Source: Coriobacteriaceae bacterium (GTDB lineage Bacteria > Actinomycetota > Coriobacteriia > Coriobacteriales > QAMH01). From it: a stretch of DNA of 64,000 nucleotides. The DNA lies in NCBI GenBank assembly GCA_025992705.1, contig DAJPGJ010000001.1, positions 1,553,270 through 1,617,269 of the forward strand. The letters are read 5' to 3'. A program made the position numbers and the translations under genes. The notes under the pieces are model-generated. The model searched no databases and was not told the DNA's origin. It saw only the letters and a list, made by a program, of their open reading frames with translations. Below are positions 17,708 through 25,552 of the stretch, one piece after another; within the stretch, counting starts at the first letter, position 1; each line of letters begins with the position of its first letter.

Positions 17708-19552
17708 CTATTCAACCTCGACTAGACCAAGCACCTTGGCTAAGGTTACGGTTACGTCAAAAACTAGGTTCCATACGTGCATGATTTTATCTTCCACTTT
17801 GAGCGGCAATCTGAACAAATCGTCAATATCAGCCTCGAAGATATAGTGACCTCGTGCAATTTCTCGTGCTTCTTTTTTAAATTCGTCGTAATGCTCTTGG
17901 TCGTCGAATATTACAATCGCCTGCTCATCTTCGATCTGACTTTCGATATTCGAATACTTTTCATTGAGAATATCGAGAATCTCTTTTGCTCTTCGGTAAT
18001 AGACGGACTCCGCTTTCCTCAAGGCACGCGCAAACGCATGATTCTCTAAATATGAATTCAGGATAGGATCTTCAACATCAGATATCGAAACGTGGTCTAT
18101 AAGATTGAAATCATCCAGCAATTCATCAGGCGTTGCATCAGGATAAGTGGCCGCACAGATATCAAGCGCAATTCTCCCAGCAATCCAGAAAAGCGGCTCA
18201 TCTTCCCCAAAAACAAAAGGAGACTTATCGATCATGTTTACTGCGTCAATAAGCTCTTCGCAGTGATACGAACTACACGAAACAAAGTATTTTCGAACTC
18301 TAACCCCCAGAGCCTCGCTTGAGATTCTTCCGCTCAAGTAAAACGAATGCTTTTCTAGCCATTCATCAAGCTTGACCCGAGAAGCTTCGCTTGGCCCATC
18401 ATCGTAGAGATTCTGTTTGCCATCTCCGGATATCGAATGATATATGTTCGATTCGTAAAGGAACTTACTCTTGCATTTTTCAAGCACTTGAGCAAAACGC
18501 GACGCGTTAATTAGGTCTTCCGATGGATTGAAACGAATGTTGCAATGATAGTTAGAATTAATCTGATCCCAATCTTCAGGTTTTAAAGATGCAACTAATT
18601 TATTGGCTAGCAGCATATCTTCGGCAGCTTGGCGATAAACAATACCCCTCGTTTTGCTGTCAATACCCTCAGCCCAACCCCCAAAGCATTCCTTATCTAA
18701 TTCTCGTAGCTCCTTTTCGGCATCGTCAAGGGCGTTCACAAGCTCCTGTTGAATTCTGCCTAGCTCAAGTCTGGCATGCGAGACGGATATCCTTTTCGCA
18801 GGATCCTGATACGTCATACGCCGAACTAGATCATCTAAATCACCGAGCAACGGCTCTGCCTGAGATATTGTTTTGAAGTTGCTCCCACGAGGAATGCTCC
18901 CAGTGAATATTTCATTTGTAATGAGCCCAACAGCAAAGACATCGACAGCAGCAGTAATCTTCGTTTGATCAGCACCCTTCCCCTGCTCGGGGGCAAAATA
19001 TAAACGATTCGCCAGCAAATCTTTTGTTTTGGTAACTGAAAAATCTTCAAAATGAGCAATGCCGAAATCTGCAAGAACTGGAAGATTATCCATCCCAATA
19101 AGAATGTTCTCAGGCTTTATGTCTCGATGGATGACCCCATCTGAGTGAATCACTTCTACGGCACCGTATAGTTTCAGAAGAAGATTGATCTTTTCGTTGA
19201 TGCCGAGATTCACATCGTCCATCGTTTTACGCAAATCACGTTCATAGTACGGCATCACATACAGAAGGGATGTGGTTCTTTTGCCGCCCTTCCCAGTTTC
19301 CTCAATCTCTTCAGCGCCGATTATCTGAATAATGTTGTCAGAATGATAATGTCTGCAATACTCAACTTCTTTTCTAAAACGCTTATTCTTAGTCTTGTTC
19401 TTCTTCTTTTTTTCATCAAGTAACGGTACTTTCTTTATTGCATAGGTTTTATCTTCTGATATGGCACAAATTACCGTCCCCGTCCCTCCTTGCCCCAGCT
19501 GTCCCCTTTTAGAGAGTGAGTACTTAACTCCTTCAATCGATACTTCCGTCAC
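17708..19552 (-). CDS. Hanks-type Ser/Thr protein kinase with an uncharacterised C-terminal domain of about 330 aa
   Basis: All catalytic motifs are intact: GQGGTGTV, YAIKKV, HRDIKPENIL, LADFGIA, YFAPEQ and DVFAVGLITNEIF. There is no TM or PASTA segment. The codon usage is strongly AT-rich. Confidence 0.8.
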   Translation of the reverse strand: MTEVSIEGVKYSLSKRGQLGQGGTGTVICAISEDKTYAIKKVPLLDEKKKKNKTKNKRFRKEVEYCRHYHSDNIIQIIGAEEIEETGKGGKRTTSLLYVMPYYERDLRKTMDDVNLGINEKINLLLKLYGAVEVIHSDGVIHRDIKPENILIGMDNLPVLADFGIAHFEDFSVTKTKDLLANRLYFAPEQGKGADQTKITAAVDVFAVGLITNEIFTGSIPRGSNFKTISQAEPLLGDLDDLVRRMTYQDPAKRISVSHARLELGRIQQELVNALDDAEKELRELDKECFGGWAEGIDSKTRGIVYRQAAEDMLLANKLVASLKPEDWDQINSNYHCNIRFNPSEDLINASRFAQVLEKCKSKFLYESNIYHSISGDGKQNLYDDGPSEASRVKLDEWLEKHSFYLSGRISSEALGVRVRKYFVSCSSYHCEELIDAVNMIDKSPFVFGEDEPLFWIAGRIALDICAATYPDATPDELLDDFNLIDHVSISDVEDPILNSYLENHAFARALRKAESVYYRRAKEILDILNEKYSNIESQIEDEQAIVIFDDQEHYDEFKKEAREIARGHYIFEADIDDLFRLPLKVEDKIMHVWNLVFDVTVTLAKVLGLVEVE

Positions 19553-19705
19553 TTGAACTCCCTTTCCAGACCTTCATCGATTTTGAGCATGCAGAGATAA
19601 TCCATTTAAGTCTCCGATTTAAATAATTATTGAAAGGCCATTATATGGGGCAAACTTCCAATAACACCCCGGATACGCTGCTCAAGGAAACCGAGAACGA
19701 ATAAC

Positions 19706-20069
19706 TCAACAACAGACGATTGCACTTCCCCTATCGCGAAAACCCCAACATCGCTCACTGCCCTCATCTCGCAACACAATTTGCAAACATCGCGTCAAAA
19801 CTCTCGTTCCTCGCAAAAGCTCCTCGTGCTTGCGCGCAGAATAATCACCTATTCCACGCTCTACGCGTGCATTTTCGACCATCTGCTTTAGAGTTTGCCT
19901 CCTGCAAAGCGAGTTTCGTACAATCCGCTCACGCCTCCGCAACCCTGCAGAACAAGGTATCCCCCTTCCGCCAGCAGCAAGACAATCGCATCGCTACGCT
20001 TTCCTCCATCACGTCTTTTCAACCGGCATAGAGGTGCTACAGCGTCGTCGATTGATGATTATCGATCAT
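19706..20069 (-). pseudogene. decayed paralogue of the small HTH gene at 10937..11338
   Basis: It aligns at the nucleotide level over about 330 bp, including the upstream leader (GATTGATGATT...). At least two frameshifts and premature stops occur relative to copy 1 (MEESV... then out of frame). Confidence 0.55.
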
Positions 20070-20320
20070 GCCTGACGCCCTCCCTCGAGCGTCAAAATAG
20101 GAGCATGCCGCCATGATCTTTGGCGACGCGTTGCCGATATCATAATCGAACTCAGTAATATCGGGACTTGCCCTCTCATAGGTCACGTCGTAGGTGATCC
20201 GGTTCTCCGTCATTCATGGCACTCGGTCGAATTGTTTTCATTTACTGAAAACTTATTCAGTGAATAATTTTTCAGCAAATCGCCTTACCCACCGGCTCCC
20301 TACTTGCCAGCGCTCCGCCT

Positions 20321-21145
20321 TCACAAAAACACGTCAGCGACCTCGTCAGCAGTGAGGGCCCGCTGCTCTTCGGGCGAAAGGCTCGCCTCGCCGTCACCAT
20401 CCTGCGAGCCGTACGAGCCGAACTGGGCGTGGTTGCCGCCGGGGATGACGAGCTCGCGCGCGTCCTCGCCGAGGTTTCCCTCGTTGTCGGCGGCGGCCCG
20501 GCGGTTCAGCACCCCATCCGAATCCCCCGTGACGCTCAGCACCGTGACGCCGTCATCGGAGAGGTCGGCGGTGGAATAGGCCCCCAGCAGCACGAGGCCG
20601 TCCCACGACCGCGCGTGGCCGTCGAGGTAGCCGGCCGCCATGACGCCACCGAGCGAGTGCCCCATCAGGATCCATCTCTGCACGGCGGGAAACTGCCCCT
20701 GCACGCCGTCGGCCCCGTTCGCGTCGAGCACGGACAGGTTGAACGGCATGCAGACGATTACGCAGAGGAACCCGCGCTCGGCCAGGTCCTGCATGAGCGG
20801 CGCGTACGCCTCAGCCTGCACCTTGCCTCCGGGGTAGAAGACGATTCCGGCCCGCGGATCGTCGGGGACGAAGGCGATGTCGCCGCCCTCCAGCCGCTGC
20901 ACGGCCACGGTGTCGGTCGGTTCCATGGCGGCCAGGGCCGCGTCATCCGCGTGATAGTAGTCGCCCACGTAGACGCCGAAGCCTATGATGCCGGCGACGA
21001 TGATCGCGAGGACGGCCACCAGGGCGATCTTCAGCTTGCGGTGGGTCTTGCGGACCGGGGTATGCTCCACCTTGCCCGCGAGCAGCTCCTCTTCGCATGC
21101 CGGCTCGGCGGCGTTGGTGATGTCCGATTTACTCTCCAGGGTCAT
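20321..21145 (-). CDS. membrane-anchored alpha/beta hydrolase
   Basis: An N-terminal TM helix and the nucleophile elbow MGHSLGG are present, in high-GC core-like composition. The start was chosen at MTLESK. Confidence 0.7.
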   Translation of the reverse strand: MTLESKSDITNAAEPACEEELLAGKVEHTPVRKTHRKLKIALVAVLAIIVAGIIGFGVYVGDYYHADDAALAAMEPTDTVAVQRLEGGDIAFVPDDPRAGIVFYPGGKVQAEAYAPLMQDLAERGFLCVIVCMPFNLSVLDANGADGVQGQFPAVQRWILMGHSLGGVMAAGYLDGHARSWDGLVLLGAYSTADLSDDGVTVLSVTGDSDGVLNRRAAADNEGNLGEDARELVIPGGNHAQFGSYGSQDGDGEASLSPEEQRALTADEVADVFL

Positions 21146-21214
21146 GGCCTGCTCCCGCTCGGGCGGATTGCAACATGCGTCTCGCGGATGCATATCGCAT
21201 CCCGATTGCAGCTC

Positions 21215-21895
21215 CTACCGTGAAAGTCTTTTAGCTGACGTCGATTTGAGGTAGTTCTTCTTCAAATCCCTCGCACTCATGAAAAACTCTTTCTCGGAAT
21301 TGCTAAGGCCTTCACACTTGAGCTTCTCTTCGAGGAGCGTGAGCGTGCAGAACATATCCGCAGCTTGGAACAGGCTGTAGTCCGACGGTGAGACCTTTCT
21401 GACGTCGGCCTCGAGGAAGGCGTTGAAGAGCGTGTTCACCAGGTTGGTGATCTCCTTCTGGCCGTTGTCATAATAGACAATGATACGGTCGAAAGACTGC
21501 AAGAAGCCCAGGTTATCGCGCAGGAAAGAGCTCACCTCGCGCGATATCCGGGAAACCATTTTGTCGTGATCGGCAAACTCCCGCTTCCTGAAGACGAAGG
21601 ACTTGTAGGAGATATCGCAAAGACGCATGAACGTAAACAGCGATCGGAAGAGCTTTCGACGCGCCGTCAGGTCCATACTCACGTAATCCCTTTCGCGTCT
21701 GATGAGCGGAGCGGAGTGCACGGCATGGTCTTCGGAAAGGCCCTGCTCGACAAGATGGCGTCTCAGATGATCAATCTGGTCTGCGATGTCAGCGCTCTGA
21801 TCATGAAAGACCAACGTGATGATGTAGTACGGAGCATGATGTTCGTATGGGCCAAAGTCACCCGACTCGTCTATGAACACACTGAGCTCAGCCAT
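21215..21895 (-). CDS. DUF3800 domain protein
   Basis: The N-terminus is LSVFIDESGDFG, and YYDNG lies further on. Confidence 0.7.
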   Translation of the reverse strand: MAELSVFIDESGDFGPYEHHAPYYIITLVFHDQSADIADQIDHLRRHLVEQGLSEDHAVHSAPLIRRERDYVSMDLTARRKLFRSLFTFMRLCDISYKSFVFRKREFADHDKMVSRISREVSSFLRDNLGFLQSFDRIIVYYDNGQKEITNLVNTLFNAFLEADVRKVSPSDYSLFQAADMFCTLTLLEEKLKCEGLSNSEKEFFMSARDLKKNYLKSTSAKRLSR

Positions 21896-22023
21896 GGGTC
21901 TCCTGAAAATGAAATGGCGGGGAAAAAGTCCCCGCCCTTGGGTGGACCAGGGCCTTTCGGCCAGCCCAGAATATGACTAGTTTATAGCACGTTTTCATAA
22001 CCCCGTCCATAGGCGCGCGCTTC

Positions 22024-22560
22024 CTAGAACCACCACTCGAGCGAGTCCTCGATCACGTCCTTTCCACGAAGCTGTTCGACCCACCCCTTGGGGATTGAGT
22101 CATAACCGTACATTGCACCTGCCAGAGCTCCCGCGACGCAGGCAGTCGTGTCGGAATCGTCCCCGAGGTTCACCGCGGCAAGAACGCAACTGGCGTAGTC
22201 GTCCGTGTTGAGAGCGCACCAAAGCGCGGCACCGAGCGTGTCTATGACGTAGCCTGTCGAGCGCACGTCGTCACGGCTCCACGACTCGATCTCGCGCATA
22301 AAGCCGAAGCGGGGGTCGTCGGGGATGTTGCCCTTGATCGCAGTAGTGAGGGCTTCGCCTCGCAACACCTCCCGCAGGATGCGCACGAACGCGACGCACG
22401 CCTCCTTCGAGATGACATGGGCATGGGTCACCGCCGACGCGTCCCTGATCTCGTCATCGCTTGCGGTCGTCAGCGCAAGCGGCGCGATGCGCATGAGAGA
22501 ACCGTTGCCGTTCGAGCGCTCCCCATCGCAACCATGGCCGCTCCGTAGACGATGCCACGC
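22024..22560 (-). pseudogene. ADP-ribosylglycohydrolase-family gene, apparently 5'-truncated
   Basis: The C-terminal two thirds are clear (GNGSLMRIAPL ... NLGDDSDTTACVAGALAGAMYGYDSIPKGW). The N-terminal GDALG-type motifs are absent. The upstream part of the tracked ORF (to 22779) is antisense to the AbiEii remnant. The boundary is approximate. Confidence 0.55.
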
Positions 22561-23354
22561 AGCTGCCTGCCGCCTTATCAATTGCTTCTGGAGTACGGGA
22601 TCGAAGAGCCTTGGAAGAAGAGAAGCAACACAAAACAAGACGCTTTCGTCAAACGGATCAACAAAGATGCCGGAGCGTTTCTCCGCAACAGCCTGATGCC
22701 TGAAATGCTGGCCTATCTCAAAGAGCAACATATCGTCGATGCGTCTTTGCGCATCGACGAGGACGCCCCCCCCCCCCAACGCTCAGATTCTTCTATCCGC
22801 AGTCCTTTTCCGATGATTCCATTTTGCAAGAAATCCGATTGGAGACAGGCGCCCTTGCGGCGTGGACGCCCACAACAGTGGCGCTCATCAGCCCGTATAT
22901 TGCAGAGGCGTTCCCGGAGGCCTTTGCTCGCCTGACAACATCAGTGCTGGCAGTTTCTCCCGAAAGGACGTTCTGGGAAAAGACGACCATCCTGCACAAG
23001 GAGGCATTCCGCACGAACGGAAGGTCTCCCTCCAGATACTCTCGCCACTACTACGATCTTTACATGCTTGCGAATTCTGATGTCAAGTCGCGAGCACTAA
23101 ATGATACGAACCTTCTCAAGAGTGTAGCGGATTTCAAGATGGCTTTCTGGCGGTCGAACACCGCACGACATGACCTATGCGCTCCCGGAACGCTGAAGCT
23201 CATGCCTCCAAAGGGGTCCCTCCCTTTGGTCGAAGAAGACTATGCATCCATGCGAAATATTATTTTCGGCGATGCTCCCGACTTCGGCGAACTGATATTG
23301 GGAATATCCGAGCTTGAATCTGAGATTAATAATCCCGAGCCTTCAAAAGGGTAA
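22552..23354 (+). pseudogene. AbiEii/AbiGii-family (DUF1814) nucleotidyltransferase toxin remnant: 5'-truncated and frameshifted at a C12 tract
   Basis: Downstream of the tract the frame reads TLRFFYPQSF...RTFWEKTTILHKEAFR...SRHYYDLYMLANS. Upstream of the tract the reading frame differs by one nucleotide. The N-terminal NTase motif region is missing. Confidence 0.6.
22766..22777. repeat. homopolymeric C12 (G12 on the minus strand) tract
   Basis: Counted directly in the sequence. Confidence 0.95.
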
Positions 23355-23838
23355 TACTGTGCATATATCGAAGATAAGAATCCGAGAGTTTAAAGCATTA
23401 CGAAAGCAGCCTCGGTCTTGCCATGAACTTAATTCAGATGGGCATAGAAAACAAAACTAGCAATGATTAGATCTTAGTTAGCACCCACAGAAGCTAGACG
23501 AGATTTCGGGATATTCCTAAAGCCCCATGCGCATCCTGACACGATGAGCAATGTTTTGCCCCAAACCTGTGAAACGCACGATCCGTGGCTCTGAGAGCCC
23601 TATGTCATAGAAGCGACAAATCATGGAATCCGCTCTAGTTTTGGCATCATCGCTATTAGACACCGATCTTGAAAGACGCGCCCGCCATGCTCATGCAGAC
23701 CATTGTGGTGCTGGGAACATGAAGTATTTGAGGCAACTCTCCAACGGAAATATTCGCATACCGAGAAACTCGTCAAAGATTGAAACATAGGACATAACGT
23801 AGTCATTATGCCCCTCTCTGAAGCACCTGCCATGCAAT

Positions 23839-25209
23839 TTAGTTCGACCACTCCATTCCAGACGCATCCTTCTTATCTATCGAAAGGTAATCCTCCTTGC
23901 ATCCCCAAGTGTTAGTTTCGACCTCCAAAAGTCTTCGAAGGAATACCTGATACATTTCATCAGACTGCTCTCCGTCCAGGGTGAGAACCATAAAGCAATC
24001 ACATAGATCACTTGCTAAGTTTCCGACTAAAAATAGAAGATCGGATTTTTGCTGATTAGGGGTAATTGGCAAATTTGCAATTTCCTCTAAAAGAATTGTT
24101 GCCATCGACAAAGAACAGATAGTCGCCACAGAGCTTTCGTCAAATTCCGCATACAAATCCGGCTCATAGAAGAAAGAGCGTGCAGTCAATGCATCAATAT
24201 GCACGAATTGGCATGCATATCTGTAGAAAAGACCTCTTAATTCCTTGTCTGCGCAGGTTCCATTCCTCTCGCACTCAGCACCGATCTTCAGCTCGTCCTT
24301 CCTATTGCGCTTAGGGGCATCAGAGCCAAATAGCGAGTCAATCCTGAGCTTTTTGTAATTAATCACGCCATCTTTTATCTCAAACCCATATTCAGCAAAT
24401 GATAGAGAGGGCAGGATCTTGCTTGTGAAGAAATCTTCGTCACAGTTGATAGATCTCATACTTATGTAGCTTTCGAATAGGCTCCTTCCCAACGCATAGA
24501 TCGATGCGGGTTCGGCAATCTCACGCAACTTCGAGATTGAGTTAATCGTTTTAACAGCCCGAATTGCCATAAAAGGCACATACTCTGCGAGCGAATAAGG
24601 TGGCGCCTCGATATCGCCTCTGTCTTTATTTTGGTAGTTCAAAAAATAATTTAGTCCGCTTGTCAAAGAAGACGCGACATTGCTTATCCGCTCGTCAATG
24701 ATTTCGTTTCCCATTAGAACAAGCGCAGGAATACTTACATTCAGTCCTTCCCCGCAATCTCCGGTCCTCAAACGAGCGGCTTCGTCAACTATTTCATCAT
24801 ACTCTTCCATATATGCAGAAAATGCGTCTAGATCGTACTGGGTCAAATATCTTTCGTTCATTGCACACGGCATGAGACCCTCTGTACGATACATTGCATA
24901 TATCCAACTCTCTGACATGCCGCTTTCTCGTAGCGGTGGCATCAAGGCTTTGTAGTAGCTATTGCTATGGCGCTCTGCATCAAAGCTAATCAAGTCATCT
25001 GATCCAGGTTCTCTACCGAACAGCTTGCAGAATTTGTCACGAGAACGATGAAAAGCTTCGAGGTGTTCTTCAGGTATCAAAGCTTCATACTTTGATACAA
25101 ACGAACCATCATCGTCTCTAAACCAGTTAATGCCTTTCTTCTTGCAACATTTTTTATATTTCTTTCCTCTACCGCAAGGGCACTTTTCATTCGGACTGAC
25201 CTCTTTCAT
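23839..25209 (-). CDS. SEC-C-motif protein with a helical C-terminal module (DUF5677/AbiV-like pattern, tentative)
   Basis: The N-terminus is CPCGRGKKYKKCCKKK. Later come GRSLFESYISMRSI and LFYRYACQFVH. An ATG is preceded by GGAGG. The gene is AT-rich. Confidence 0.6.
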   Translation of the reverse strand: MKEVSPNEKCPCGRGKKYKKCCKKKGINWFRDDDGSFVSKYEALIPEEHLEAFHRSRDKFCKLFGREPGSDDLISFDAERHSNSYYKALMPPLRESGMSESWIYAMYRTEGLMPCAMNERYLTQYDLDAFSAYMEEYDEIVDEAARLRTGDCGEGLNVSIPALVLMGNEIIDERISNVASSLTSGLNYFLNYQNKDRGDIEAPPYSLAEYVPFMAIRAVKTINSISKLREIAEPASIYALGRSLFESYISMRSINCDEDFFTSKILPSLSFAEYGFEIKDGVINYKKLRIDSLFGSDAPKRNRKDELKIGAECERNGTCADKELRGLFYRYACQFVHIDALTARSFFYEPDLYAEFDESSVATICSLSMATILLEEIANLPITPNQQKSDLLFLVGNLASDLCDCFMVLTLDGEQSDEMYQVFLRRLLEVETNTWGCKEDYLSIDKKDASGMEWSN

Positions 25210-25552
25210 AAATACCTCCAATACGAAATATTTTGGATGGCATTAGAGCAAGCATCTTTCCGTCCTCAAATTCGTACACCAAAAGGAACGGGTATATGGA
25301 TGCTCTCACACAAATCTAGGACAAAAAATGCTACATCTAGATTGAAAAGCAAGAGAAGATTCCGCAAATGCTGGACATGCATAGGCTATACAGAGATAAA
25401 GCATACCAATTACTACAGCACTTCCAGCACAAATTATCAAAGCAGCCAGCGCCTTCGCTATTCCTTGAAAAAAGTGATTGAATCGTTTCGAGAGTTGTTA
25501 TCTTCGCCCACAAAGTATCCAATAAGCGGATATTAACTAACAAGCATCTGCG

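Noticed and set aside
11592-19552. The metallophosphoesterase and the Ser/Thr kinase as a TerY-P-like phosphatase/kinase/vWA triad, or as a kinase-phosphatase pair.
   Set aside because: The genes lie 5 kb apart on opposite strands and are separated by unrelated genes and an IS. No vWA gene is present, and the phosphatase is calcineurin-like rather than PP2C.
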